Origin: the human T2T-CHM13v2.0 reference genome, Homo sapiens
Assembly (NCBI RefSeq): GCF_009914755.1
Contig: NC_060931.1
Strand: one strand, 5' to 3'
Length of the DNA stretch: 64,000 nt
Shown: in pieces, positions 1-14,049 of the stretch
How the letters are laid out: every line of letters begins with the position of its first letter
Numbering within the stretch: the first letter of the stretch is position 1
Translations under genes and position numbers: made by a program
The notes under the pieces: generated by a model
Databases searched by the model: none
What the model was told of the DNA's origin: nothing
The model's input: only the letters and a program-made list of their open reading frames with translations

Positions 1-26
1 ACAGCAGCGGTGTCTCTGGGGCTGAC

Positions 27-182
27 CTGGTTTGCCCTGAAGGTGAGGTTTCTTCTCCTCCTCCTTCCAGCTCTGCACTCGGGCTTCCTGGCCAGGGGGC
101 TCCGGCCGAAGCCAGTTGTCACAAACGTCGAGGCTGGCAGGGACGGCCAGTCTCCTGCGGCGGGGTGGGGAGGGGGACCTGG
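27..182 (-). CDS. MICALL2: MICALL2 exon 10 (156 nt, phase 1-1)
   Basis: [24 protein letters not shown]...KPHLQGKP; gggcAG acceptor, G|GTCAGC donor. Confidence 0.9.
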
Positions 183-465
183 CTGCCCCCAGGTGGGGAG
201 ACAGAGCCACGCTTCAGAGCAGGGCCACTGGGAGCCTGGGGTCTGTCCCAGCACAGCCAACAGCTCGCTGGGTAGCCCGGCCATCCCCATGCCCTGGGCC
301 TCCCGACTGGCACAGGGTTGGCATCACAAGCCCTACACCCACGTCCTGCCCAACCTGGCCATGTCTCCCCAGGGGGCTAACCCACGGGGCTGCTGGCTGC
401 TCAAGGTCACACAGGAAGTGGCACGAGAGCTGGATATGGATCCAGGGCAGCTATGAGTGCTAGGA

Positions 466-960
466 ATACACACAGAGATGTGTGTGCACACACACGCATC
501 ACACACGAACACGGGTGCACACGTGGACACACATGCATCACATTCATGAAACAGATCCACACATGGGTACATGCATCACATACATGAACACGGTTGCACA
601 CACATGCATCACACAGATGTACACATGGACACACATGCATCGCACATGAACACAGATGTACACATGGACACATGCATCACACGTGTGGGCACACATGCAT
701 CACATACACGAACACAGACACATGGACACGCATCACACATGTACACATGCATCACACGCATGAACACTGATGTACACATGAATACACATGCATCACACAT
801 CACATACATGAACAGACACATGGACATGCATCACGTGCACATGCATCACACACATGAACACAGATGTACACATGCGCACACATGCATCACGCATGGATAC
901 AGGCATCACATACATGAACACATGCACACATGCATCACACACATGCACACATGTACACAC
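466..960. repeat. Degenerate CA/CATG alternating purine-pyrimidine tandem repeat
   Basis: Recurring catgcatcacac / atgaacacagatgtacac motifs. Confidence 0.9.
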
Positions 961-1113
961 AAGCCTGCCCAGGACTACCAGCTTCTCTGGCTGACCGGAG
1001 CGCCTCTCCGCACACCCCAGGAGGTGGCACTACAGGTCCAGTCCCGGGGCCCCCACCCAAGGGGGAGGGCCAGCTAGGCAACCCGGGGGCCCCTGGGTCC
1101 CGTCCAGGAGTAC

Positions 1114-1274
1114 CTGGGAGGCTGGGTCCTGGGCTGGCTGGGCGTGGGGTCCTGTCAGGCCTCACGGGGGTCAGGGTGATGTGGACACTCCCAGCAAAGC
1201 TGCCTGAGACCTTCCTGGGGGCCTCCCCCGCCCTCGGCTCTGCCAGGGCCCGTGGTTCCTTGGGCTTCAGAGTC
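1114..1274 (-). CDS. MICALL2: MICALL2 exon 9 (161 nt)
   Basis: TLKPKEPRALAEPRAGEAPRKVSGSFAGSVHITLTPVRP...SLP; AG/GT flanks. Confidence 0.92.
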
Positions 1275-1779
1275 CTGGGCAGAAGGCATGAGGTCGGAAC
1301 CCGAACCACCAGCCCCAGGGCCTGGCCCACCTGGAGGGGCTCCCAGGCCATATGCAGACCAGCCGGAGGGAGCAGGTGGCCTTCTGAGCAAATGCCACCT
1401 CCCAGCCCACTGACTACACCTGCTGGGACCCTCCTGCAAACACACGTGTCCATCGCTACCTGCCGTGGTGCGAAGCAGATTCCAGGCGTGAGCTCCGGGC
1501 CCCACGGGACCCACACATGGGGAGACTCCACCCCAGCTGCAGGCATGGTGCGTGAACCCACACGGGTGCTGCCATGCCCAGGTGAGACACGCAACGCTGC
1601 CCCCAAACCAGGGACAGCGGCCCCCATGTCCCTCAGGCAGGGGTGACCTGGCCTCTGCTACTCACAGGGAGGTGCGTCTATCCCTGGATAGGCGTGTCAA
1701 TCGGTCGATTACATACTCACTGCATTTATTAAGCACCTATGGTGTACCAGGCCCTGGGCCAGCCCCACCCATCCCTAAC

Positions 1780-1873
1780 CTCTCAGCTGGGCTTCTCCTG
1801 TCCACGGGCTTCAGATTCGCTCTCCATCCTGCCGGCCCGTCCTCCTGGCCTTCCTGGAGGCTGGTGCTCATGT
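1780..1873 (-). CDS. MICALL2: MICALL2 exon 8 (94 nt)
   Basis: DMSTSLQEGQEDGPAGWRANLKPVDRRSPAER; AG/GT flanks. Confidence 0.92.
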
Positions 1874-2382
1874 CTGGGTGGGAGGCAAGGGGTCTGGGTG
1901 TGAGGAAGGAGTGCTGGGAATGGGGTGTCTGCAAGGGTGGCTGTGCCTCCCCCTGCCATCTTCCCATAGCCACTCCACCCTCAGACACCCCCACAGCCAG
2001 CCGGCCGGGGGGCATCAGGAGCACCGGGCAGGGAGTCAGGGGAGGGGCTCCCAGCTGGCTCTCCTGTGCTGTGTGTCCCTGGGGGAAGCTCTCCCTGCCT
2101 CTGGGCCTCAACTTCCCCTTCTGCCGAATGGGTGGGGACGTGGCAGGGTGAGCCCCGTGGACCCTGATCCTCTGTCCACCTGTGCAAGGGGAACACCTGA
2201 GCCACGGCTGCCCGTCTGCAGGCTTTCTTGGCTCCTGGGTCCTGCAGGATCCAGCGCGTGGCTTTAACAATGAGAACTCAGCCAAAGAGAAGGATCTGGA
2301 AAAACCCTTTGCAGCCCAGCTTGTTCCCTGAGCCCAGCTCGATAAAGCCATGGGAACCTCTAGCTTTTTTCTACACACACCC

Positions 2383-2636
2383 AGGTGGCAGGGACAGCCA
2401 GTTTCCTGCAGTGGGGCGAGGCGGGGGGACTCGGCTGCCCCCAGGTTGGGAGACAGAGCCGTGCATCAAAGCAGGGCCGCCAGGAGCCTGGGGTCTGTCC
2501 TGGCACAGCTGACAGCTCACTGCGTAGCCTGGCCATCCCAGTGCCCTGGGCCTCCCAGCTGGCACAGGGTTGGCCTCACAAGCCCTAAGCCCACGTCCTG
2601 CCCAGCCTGGCCATGATCACCCAGGGGGCTAACCCC
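2383..2636. repeat. Diverged ~250-bp local duplicate of 133-384 (MICALL2 intron 9 end plus start of exon 10)
   Basis: Colinear by eye: ggctgcccccagg..gagacagagcc..ggagcctggggtctgtcc..cacagggttggc..cacgtcctgccca..ccagggggctaaccc. Confidence 0.9.
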
Positions 2637-2789
2637 TGGTGGGTGACAGCCAGTTGCCTAGAAGAAAGCTCGCTCCCTGTTCCCGAAAACACGTGAGGCC
2701 ATAAAACAGGACTGTGTGGTCCAGGGAGCCCCCAGGAAGAGCTCCCAGCCTAGGAGGCACCAGAGCCCTCAGGTCATAGGGCATCGTCA

Positions 2790-2940
2790 CCAGACCACCA
2801 CCGGGGGGGACGGAGCACAGGGCGCTCTCACCTGGACACCACCAGGGGGACAGGGCATACTGGGACACCAGCGGAGGGGACGGGGCATAGGGCACCGTCA
2901 CCGGGACACCACAGGGGGGACGGGGCATAGGGCACCATCT
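2790..2940. repeat. Imperfect ~40-bp tandem repeat (about 4 copies)
   Basis: gacaccac..ggggggacggggcatagggcacc units. Confidence 0.6.
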
Positions 2941-3380
2941 CCGGTATGTGGTGACACAGGGTGCCACAGCAACAGCGCGACGTTGTCAAAGCGACAGGCA
3001 GGAAGCGCAAAACACCACGGGAGAACAGGAGGCCCCACAGACCACGGCCAAGCCAGGCCACTGCTAGCCACAGGATGTAACTGCCAGACCGAGCTGAGCG
3101 GGACGCTGCAGGGCTGGGCTGCAGGCACCTGCAGGACGTGCGGATGGGGTGGGCTGGGTGCCGGCAAACAGCATAGCCCTGAGGACATTTGCAGCCACCA
3201 CACAGAGAGCGCACCAGGACCCCAGGAGGCTGCGAGCAGGTGTCACGGAGGACAGAGATGAGACGGAGAGGAAGGCGGGCGGGGCTGATGATGAAACCGC
3301 ACACACTGCAGAGTGCGGCCAGGGGAGAGTCCCAGAGCTGCGGGCCCCCGGGGCCTCCTGCCTCCCAGCCCCTTACTCAC

Positions 3381-3673
3381 CCTGCGTTAAGGTGGTGCTT
3401 TTACCCTTTGCCATCGGGGCCTCTGGCTTCGGCCTGGAGCCAGCACCCACCCTGCCGACCCCTGAGGATTCAGCCAAGTTCCTCCTGCCTGCCGGGGGCA
3501 ACGCGGATGCCTGAGAGGTACTGCTCGTGCTCAGCGGGGCTGGCGGTTCCATCCTCGAAGGGAGGCCAAGCACCCGGGGAGACGAGGACTGTAACGGCTT
3601 GGCTAAGGGACTTGCTTGTGGTGCTTCAGTTTTGGGCTGAGAACTGGGAACAGCGGCAGTGGCTGGGGAGGGC
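3381..3673 (-). CDS. MICALL2: MICALL2 exon 7 (293 nt)
   Basis: PSPATAAVPSSQPKTEAPQ...MAKGKSTTLTQ; tatAG, G|GTGAGT. Confidence 0.93.
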
Positions 3674-3719
3674 CTATAAGTAAAAGCGCAGGCATCAGGC
3701 ACAGCTGGATCCAGGCGCC

Positions 3720-3915
3720 CTCCCACCATCACCCGAGGCCGCCCCTCTGCCTCCCTGCAGCTCACTCCCAATGCCCAGCCTCCGGACGGACTCCCACCAT
3801 CACCCCAGGCCACCCTCCACCTCCCCCACCATTGCGCCAGGCCACCCCTCCGCCTCCCCCACCATTGCACCAGGCTGCCCCTCTGCCTCCCTGCAGCTCG
3901 CTCCCAATGACCACC
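3720..3915. repeat. Imperfect ~31-bp tandem repeat
   Basis: caccat(c/t)..ccaggccacccctcc.cctccccc units. Confidence 0.55.
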
Positions 3916-4654
3916 CTGGCAAGGCACAGGCCACAGACACCTGTTTCTGGCATGAGCATATGCTGTGGCTGATTCTCCTCCCCTGTGAAATCCAGTGTTG
4001 GCTGAGATTAAAATATCCACCCCCTAAACACACCACCCACCCAGGCTGGAGGCACCTGGGGCTTTGTCAGAGGCTGGGCCGGCCTGGGCTGCCAGGTTCA
4101 GTCCCATGTGACACAGTCTCTCTGGCCCCGCCAGACACACAGACACAGGGCCAGACACAAGGCCTCCGTGCCTTCCTGCCTTCCCTCAGGCACACACCAG
4201 GAGTGAGGCTGCCAGAGCCTGAGGTGGGGGCACCAGGTGCCTCCCCACCCCCGAGCCAGTGCCTCCATGTCCCCACCCCCCTCGACAACCAGTTTCCCTC
4301 CCCCCTTTCCCTTTACACTGGGCTCAGGTGTGCCAGGCCAGCTTCCCCAGAGGAGCTGGGGTCCTCCCCAGCCACACATGCCCCCCGCCCCACCACCTAG
4401 GAAGCACTCCCTGGAGCACCCCCGCCACTCATCCTCAGTCCCTAGGATGCCCTGGACACCCCCCAGTGCCAGGAGGAGCAGAGCGAACTCGCTCTTCTCC
4501 TGTCTGTGACCACCCCGGAGGCTCTGAGCACCCCCTGCTGACCACTGCGGGGGCAGGAGGCAGTTCTGAGCAGGGGACGCCTGCACCCCACGATACGGGG
4601 CAGGAAACGGCGTTGTCAGCCAGGCTGCGACAAGCATTCTTACTCGCTAAGTGA

Positions 4655-5062
4655 CTGTACTTGGTCGAATGGTGACCCCTAAAAGTCATGTCCACTGGGA
4701 AGCTCAGAGTGTGACCTTATCTGTAAACCATCTTGGCAGTTATGATCATGTTAAGATGCACTCACGCTGGGTTAGGGTGGACCCTAGTCCAACAACCATG
4801 TCCTTAGAAGAGACAGAAGAGGAGAAGACAGACAGAGAGAAGGCCACATGGAAACGGAGGCAGAGACTGGAGGGAGGCGACCACAAGCCAAGAACGCTCA
4901 GAGCCGCTGGGAGCTGGAAGAGACAAGGACAGGTCCACCCCTAGTGCCCTGCAAGAGGACGCGGCCCTTCCCCCGCCTCAAGGTCAGACTTCTGGCCTGC
5001 AGAGCTGTGAGGGGGTGGATTTCTACTGTGTAAGCCGCCCAGTGAGGGGGTCTTTGGAAACT
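4655..5062 (+). mobile_element. MaLR solo LTR relic (MLT1 family)
   Basis: gtgaccttat..gttaagatg..agggtggaccctagtccaa..gaggcagagactggag..caagccaag..ttctggcctgcagagctgtgag..taagcc hallmarks. Confidence 0.8.
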
Positions 5063-5188
5063 GATGCAGCGCCCCCCTCTACCCGTCCACGTCATCTGCT
5101 CAGGGTCCAGGCACAGGCAGGCGCCGGGCCCAGGCATGGAAGGTCAGGGCCTGGCTGGACTCAGTCAGACAAGGTGATGCTCAGCCCA

Positions 5189-5515
5189 GCCAGCGTGGGT
5201 CCCGCTCGCGACCTGTCCCCGCGTCCACTCAGACCCGCCAGCGTGGGTCCCGCTCGCGACCTGTCCCCGCGTCCACTCAGACCCGCCAGCGTGGGTCCCG
5301 CTCGCGACCTGTCCCCGCGTCCACTCAGACCCGCCAGCGTGGGTCCCGCTCGCGACCTGTCCCCGCGTCCACTCAGACCCGCCAGCGTGGGTCCCGCTCG
5401 CGACCTGTCCCCGCGTCCACTCAGACCCGCCAGCGTGGGTCCCGCTCGCGGCCTGTCCCCGCGTCCACTCAGACCCGCCAGCGTGGGTCCCGCTCGCGAC
5501 CTGTCCCCGCGTCCA
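5189..5515. repeat. 48-bp CpG-rich minisatellite, about 6.8 near-perfect copies
   Basis: gccagcgtgggtcccgctcgcgacctgtccccgcgtccactcagaccc. Confidence 0.97.
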
Positions 5516-5840
5516 TGAAATGGGCGTAGGACCCTTGGGTTCCAAGGGAGTGCAGCACAGGGGGCCCCGGAGCGGCAGCGCCACCGCACCCATGACGCCC
5601 CGAGCACATGCGGACAGCAGCTTTTCCATAAGGACCCGGCTTCCACCACCCTGACCACAGGCACTGCCACCCTGGCTCCTCCTCCCCATTCCCCAGAGAA
5701 GGAAACAGGCTGGGGGAAGTGCAGTCCCCAAGGCCACACAGCCAGGGAGGTGCAGCGCCCCCAACCCCTCTGGCCTCCGGGGCCCCGCTGGCTGGTGCAA
5801 AGAGGCCATACCCGGGGTCCCTCGGTCCCCACGCGCTCAC

Positions 5841-6617
5841 CTGCCAGGCGCCGGAGCGCCAGCCTCTTCCAGCGCTGAGAGGGCCTGCTTGAGGAAGTTC
5901 CGCGCCTGCTCCTTGCTGCTGTCCTTGGATAGAACAAGTGACGGGGTGGGACCTCTGCCAGAAAGGCTGGTGCCGGGGGGCACTGCTGATGTTTGGAAAA
6001 ACTTATTCCGGGCCTGCTGGGTCCTGGAGGCGGACGGGGTCCAGGCTGGGGGGTCCACCGTGGCTGCAGATGTGGAGCTTGAACTGAGTGTGGTTTGAGG
6101 AGCTGCCACTCGGGGGGCTCCCCCGCCCTGGGGTGTGGCCGGGCGAGGGTCTGGGGCACTCGGGGGCACGGCGGGATGGGAGGCAGCCGCTGCTGTGCAC
6201 GGGGCAGCTGACGACCAGCCCATCGGGGAGCTATTGGTCACACGAGGGCGGACTTTCCCCTCCGTGGGAGTGGGGGCCAGGCGGCTCTCAGAGGGCCTGG
6301 CTGGGCTCCTCACGTGGACGGACGTGGCGCTGGTGGCTGCAGGGTTGGGTGCAGCTGGAACGGAAGCCCTGGCAGGCGAGTTGCCCGCAGCAGGCTCCCA
6401 GGCCGACGGTCTGGCCTTGTTTGCCTCCTGGGCCTTCTGTGGGGAACAGGAGGTCCTGGAATCCACACCCATGGCCCCTGGCTGTCGGGGGACCAGACCC
6501 GTCAACTTGGGGCTTGCAGAGGCGGCTGCGGGGAGGTGGCTGGTGCAGACGAAGGTGCCCGGCTCTCCTGTGGCCTTGTAGGCCCCCGAGTGCAGCGTGC
6601 AGGAGCACTGCTTACAC
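5841..6617 (-). CDS. MICALL2: MICALL2 exon 6 (777 nt; second half of LIM plus Pro/Ser-rich linker)
   Basis: CKQCSCTLHSGAYKATGEPGTFVCTSH...EEAGAPAPGR; AG, AG|GTGAGC. Confidence 0.95.
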
Positions 6618-6654
6618 CTGGGGGAGGAAAGGCACAGGAGCCCCAGCTCGGCAC

Positions 6655-6816
6655 CGCCCACCCCGCCACGCATTCACCACGTGCTCCTGATAGCAGGCAT
6701 TGCGGACTCCTGTGTCCACTTGCGAGGTTGCTGAACGCCCGCCCCGCCACGCATTCACCACGTGCTCCTGAGAGCAGGCATTGCGGACTCCTGTGTTCCA
6801 CTCACGAGGTCGCTGA
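6655..6816. repeat. ~81-bp tandem duplication (2 copies)
   Basis: ccccgccacgcattcaccacgtgctcctga.agcaggcattgcggactcctgtgt twice. Confidence 0.9.
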
Positions 6817-6922
6817 TTCATTCAACAAACGCCTCTTCTCAGGGTCCTTAACCACTTACATCACAAACCCCACCAAAAACCTCGTTTGGGGTGCAAACCC
6901 CAGAGGGTGCTTGTGCAGGTCA

Positions 6923-9379
<2,457 letters not shown>

Positions 9380-9708
9380 TCACTCTGCAGAGCCGGCCTT
9401 GGGTACAGGGCATAGCCCAGCAACCCTTCTCTCCCCGGGAGAGAGGTATCCTGGGCCCATCTAGGTTCAAGCTCTGTCCCACCTTTGTGCTCTCCCATCT
9501 GTACAAAGTGGGATCACAACCCCTGGCTTGATGGAGCCCTGGAGAGCCCGGTCCTGGCGGCTCTTGCTAAGGCTGAGCCCTGGACTGGGGGAGCCGCACC
9601 CCACTCTGGGTCCCGTGGCTTAGGGGCCGCACGTAGTCCCACAAGCCCCTTCTGCACCCCCCGGTGGAAAACCCAGAGAACCAGGGGGAGGGTGGGGTGG
9701 GAGCTTAC

Positions 9709-9899
9709 AGTCTTGGGGGGCGGGCCCCCTGCACCCTCATTCCTCCTCTGGACCACAGGGTTTGTCTGGGCTGGAGATAGTGGAGGCTTCCGGGCTGGGG
9801 CGGGCGAGGGCAGCTTGGCCGCCTGGACTGGAGCCTTCTTCCCTGACGGCTCCTCCTCAGAGTCCTCCGAGGCCCTCTTCACGCCTGCCATGCCCCCAA
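9709..9899 (-). CDS. MICALL2: MICALL2 exon 4 (191 nt)
   Basis: [22 protein letters not shown]...GGPPPKT; ACT|GTAAGC donor. Confidence 0.94.
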
Positions 9900-10753
9900 C
9901 TGGAGGAATCAAGCAGGGATCGGGAGGGTCCCAGGCCTGGCTCTGAAAGGGTCTAGTCCCTCCAGAGGTCCCAGTGCCCAGCACAGGCCTTGGTGCCCGG
10001 GGGGGACCTGGGGGCCCAGGGCTGGGGAGAGGTAACCCTGAGGGCACTTTTTCTGGCACAGCCCCGGGTCGGTCCCCACTCCTTCCCTCCCCACTCAGAG
10101 CCCCAGCTGGAGTCAGGGAAAAGGGACTTTTCTGTTTCTCCAGCAGGCAGGGCAGGCCCTGTGCCCGGAATGGTTCTGGGGATTTCTAAACCCTAGAAGA
10201 GGAATGTGGGGGTGGGGGGGTGGGGAGCTGAGCTCTACACACACAAAGGCCGGGCCTGTCCCTCCCCTGCCCAGTTCTATCCGGGGGCCCCACCCTGCCA
10301 GGCCAGCCTGGCTTCCATAGGGTCCAAAATCAGGACAGATGAAGGTAGGCCCAGGAGCTGCCCCTGGTCAGCCAAGCCACCCCAGTGGGCACAGAAGCTC
10401 AGGGGTCCAGATGGGCAAACTGAGGCCCATGAGGGGCAGGGCGGCAGGAGCTGCTGGTGCACCTGGCACCTTGGGGAAGCAGCGGGGGCAGCTCTCCTGC
10501 AGCAGGATGAGGGCCCCGGTCCCTCTTGGTGAAGACACAGCCTGGGGCTTTGCATGGGGCCGGGGTTGGGGATGGGGCGCCCACCAAGGCCTCTTGCTGC
10601 TTCACAGCCAGTGCACAGCCCCGGTGCCCATGCCAGGGGCCATTCTTGGGGGGGGGGCTGGGCATGGACCCCAAAAAGTCCACAGGCCTGGGAGCCAGGC
10701 CAAGGATGGGGGGCCTGGTCCTGCCTGGCTCGGCGGGCGCGGCAGGGACTCAC

Positions 10754-10895
10754 TGGGGGAGCGGCCGTGGAAGTAGTTGTAATACTGGGACACGTAGGTC
10801 AAGATGCTCAGCCGGTCAGGCACCTTCAAGGCCACCATGTCCTCGGCATCCAGCAAGGCTGGGATGCCCAAGTGCTCCTCGGCCACGCGGAAGGC
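10754..10895 (-). CDS. MICALL2: MICALL2 exon 3 (142 nt; CH domain)
   Basis: [42 protein letters not shown]. Confidence 0.96.
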
Positions 10896-11349
10896 CTGCG
10901 AAAGGTGGGAGGGGGTCAGCGGGGCAGCTGGGAGCCCCCTCCTTCTCCACCAGGCCGCAGCTCACCTCGACTCAAAGACACAGTCTTGGAGCCCAAAGAG
11001 GCGTGGGTTGGAGGCCGGAGCTGAGTTCTGCTCGCGTGGCCTCCCGGCCTCAGCTTACCCATCATTGCAGCGGGGATCACGGTCCCATCTGCACAGGACT
11101 GAGGTCACCAGGCCGGTGGGCGCTCAAGGCCCCGTCCAGGTGAAACCTCAGGGGATCCTACCCTTCACCGGGAGAATCCCAGGCCCCACCCAACCCAGAC
11201 TTACGCAGTCTTGAAACAGCTCCCTCCAGAGGCAGGGCTGACATTGCTGAGCCCTCCCCGGGGGCCAGAAGGGACACACAGGTCGCCATGTCAGGGCTCC
11301 CAGGCAACAGGTGAGGGCCGCTAGAGGCTGAGACAGGGACTCGACAGCC

Positions 11350-11720
11350 CACGCCGTCCAGCCCAGCAGCCGCCGGCCAGGCATGGCTGTGAGCATGGGA
11401 AGTGTGGCCGGCACACTTGAGGAACTGGACTTGTTTATTTATTTATTTTTATTTATTATTATGTTTTTGGAGACAGAGTCTCACTCTGTTGTCCAGGCTG
11501 GAGCGCAGCGTCAGCTCACTGCAACCTCCACCTTCCGGATTCAAGCAATTCTCCTGCCTCAGCCTCCTGAATAGCTGGGATTACAGGTGCGCACCACCAC
11601 GCCCCACTAATTTTTGGTATTTTTAGTAGAGACGAGGTTTCACCATGAACTTGTAATTTTAGTTCATTTTAATTAAGTTAAAGCTTAAGTTCAAATTGTC
11701 CCCGTGCTGAGCAGGGCAGT
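11350..11720. mobile_element. hAT-Charlie MER3/MER33-like relic interrupted by an Alu
   Basis: gtgtggcc...tgaggaactgga [Alu] taattttagttcattttaattaagttaaa...cagggcag. Confidence 0.6.
11432..11648 (-). mobile_element. 5'-truncated Alu (right arm)
   Basis: T-rich tail, gagacagagtctcactctgt..caggctggag..tagagacgaggtttcaccatg; acttgt on both flanks. Confidence 0.9.
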
Positions 11721-12372
11721 GCCGGCCGGGCAGGTATGACTGTCTTCAGTGCTGACCACTGTCCCCGCTGAAGGCCAGCTCCGGGGGCAGGGACGTGGCC
11801 GGGGCCTGCCTGGCACAGCACAGGACATGCCTGCAGGGCGCGTGGTGAGTCTGCCGGTGCCTCTGCCCACGAGGGAGCGTGGTGCTTATTCTGCAGCAGG
11901 CAAACTGAGGCTGCACACAGGGAAGGGCCTGGAAGCTGGGGTGAGCAGGGCAGGACTGGAATCCTGGCAGGGCCGGAAGGCAGGTCCCATGTGGTGGGAG
12001 TGGCAGCAGGCCCACTGGGACCCATCCACAGCCCCCCACAGCCACCCCCAGACCCTTGTTCTGCCTGAGGCAGACTGGGCTGAGCCCCCTGCAGTGAAGT
12101 AGGGTCCCCAGCCACCTCCTGGCACCTTGCTCCCCAGCTCAGGAAAAGAGGGGACCAGTATGCCCTGGGTGCCAAGATAAGAGGCTATTTCTAGAACGCT
12201 AGGGTCACCCAGCCCAGGACGCGTTGCCGGGCTGGTCAGGGAGCCCCCGATTCCCAGGCAGGACTCCCAAGGCAGGTGCAGGGCCTGGGGGGAGTCCCTC
12301 GGTCCCTCGGACGTGGGTGGGGCTCAGCAGGCTGGCTAAGCCAGCTGTGAGGCCGGGGCGGGGGCCACTCAC

Positions 12373-12421
12373 CAGTTTATTGTTTTCATAAATATTTTCC
12401 TTCTTGAGAGCACTGAAGTTT
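12373..12421 (-). CDS. MICALL2: MICALL2 exon 2 (49 nt; CH domain)
   Basis: NFSALKKENIYENNKL; ttccAG, CTG|GTGAGT. Confidence 0.95.
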
Positions 12422-13518
12422 CTGGAAGATAAAAACATGATGTCCAAAGCAGCTCAGAGTCCACGAAGGGAGGGGCTGGAGGGCCTCAGAGGTCATCTTG
12501 CCCAAACAGAGAAACCGAGGCCAGGATGGGGGGCTGTGAAGGAATGAGGTGGCACAGGACCACAGGTGGGCAGAGGCCAGGGCTCCCGGCCCTGCTCCGG
12601 CCACGGTGATGCTGCTGGGACCGTAGTACGACATCAGACGGCCCCAGCTTCACCTCCTGTACCCTGACAGGCCGCCCCTCACCAGTGCTCCTGCCACAGT
12701 CAGAGGTGGCAGGAAGCAGGCCTGGGAGGTGAGGTCACCAGCCCAGGGCGGTTCAGCACAGCTCAGCTCGGAGGGGGCTCTTCCCATCACAACGCTTGGT
12801 GACCAGGTGGGTCGCAGAGGCCTGATGCCCCCAGAGGACCACAGGGAACGGAGGAGAGAGGCTCCCAGGGCAGGGGACGGCACCATATGCAGAGAGGGCC
12901 AGCCACGCTGCCCCCGAGGGCAGGACAGGCCCCGGATCCACCTCGTCCCACACATCATCGCTTCTGTTGTTGGAAGGGTGACTTCTGTTCACCCTGCAGT
13001 GAAGGGTGTCCTTCTCAGCGCTTCACAAATACCAACCTAAGGCTCACACCCGACCTGTGGAGCAGACACCGGTTATGTCTGCATCTCACAGAGACAGCGG
13101 CTCGGGGACCTGCCCCAGGTCACACAGCGGGGAGACAGCTGCCAAGCCCACTGAGGTTACATGGTTCTCTCTTTGGGTGGTGGAGTGCCTTCCCAGGTGC
13201 TCAGCGAGGGCCCAGCCTCACCCCTGACTCGCACACTACACCACAGGGATGCAAGGGTCCCGGGAAGTTCCCGAGGTGAGGTCCCCGGCCAGCCTGGACA
13301 GCAGGGCCCTTCTGGGGACGCCAAGAGGACAGCCCCACGTGACCTCCAGCTGGTCCTGGGACTCCTGATGGGCACCTTGGGAGGATACCCTGGGCAGAAA
13401 ACACACCAAGATCCCAGGAGGCCCCAGCCCAGCCCCAGGCCCTCCGACAAAAACCACCAGGCTCCCAGCACGGGCTGCGGCTTCTGGGAGGGAGGGTTGG
13501 TTAAATCATGATCTGGAA

Positions 13519-13647
13519 GCCGGGTGCAGTGGCTCACACCTGTAGTCCCAGCTACTCAGGAGGCCAAGGCAGAAGGATTGCTTGAGCCCAGGAATTCGAG
13601 ATCAGCCTGGGTAACACACTGAGACCCCGTCTCAGAAAAACAAAAAT
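13519..13647 (+). mobile_element. Alu monomer (FLAM-like)
   Basis: gccgggtgcagtggctcacacctgtagtcccagc...gagaccccgtctc plus A tail. Confidence 0.88.
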
Positions 13648-14049
13648 ATAGTGATCGTGACCCGTCTGTCCACGTTGCTGCCTGTGGGGTCCCGGACAGC
13701 AGCTGCTGCCATGTCAGCGTGAACTGGACTGTTCTAGAAGCTTCCTGGCCCCACAGAGGGAGCTGGGGCTGCAAGCCGTGTCCTGCCTCACCCCGGCCTG
13801 CATGTCTGACCCCGGCCAGCCTCGGTCTCAGGGCCTCAGTCTCCCTGTCTGGGAGGACAACCGCAGCTCCTGGTGGCGAATCTGACGGCCGTAGCTGCAG
13901 CAAACAGGAAGGCTGGGCAGGTCTCAAACGGAGAAGTGGGGGCCGAGACCCCTGTGGCCACGCAGCCTGGGCGGCCTAGTTCTGAGCCCAGCCTGCACAG
14001 CCCTTGCCAGGCCCTGACCCCCATAAGAATGCTCCGAGGCCCGGACAGT

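Noticed and set aside
571-1077. His/Met/Thr-rich 168-aa ORF resembling a metal-binding protein
   Set aside because: Translation of a CA/CATG low-complexity repeat, antisense within an intron
5015-5809. ORFs with 16-aa repeats (RPASVGPARDLSPRPL and others)
   Set aside because: The 48-bp VNTR unit is a multiple of 3; no splice or start support
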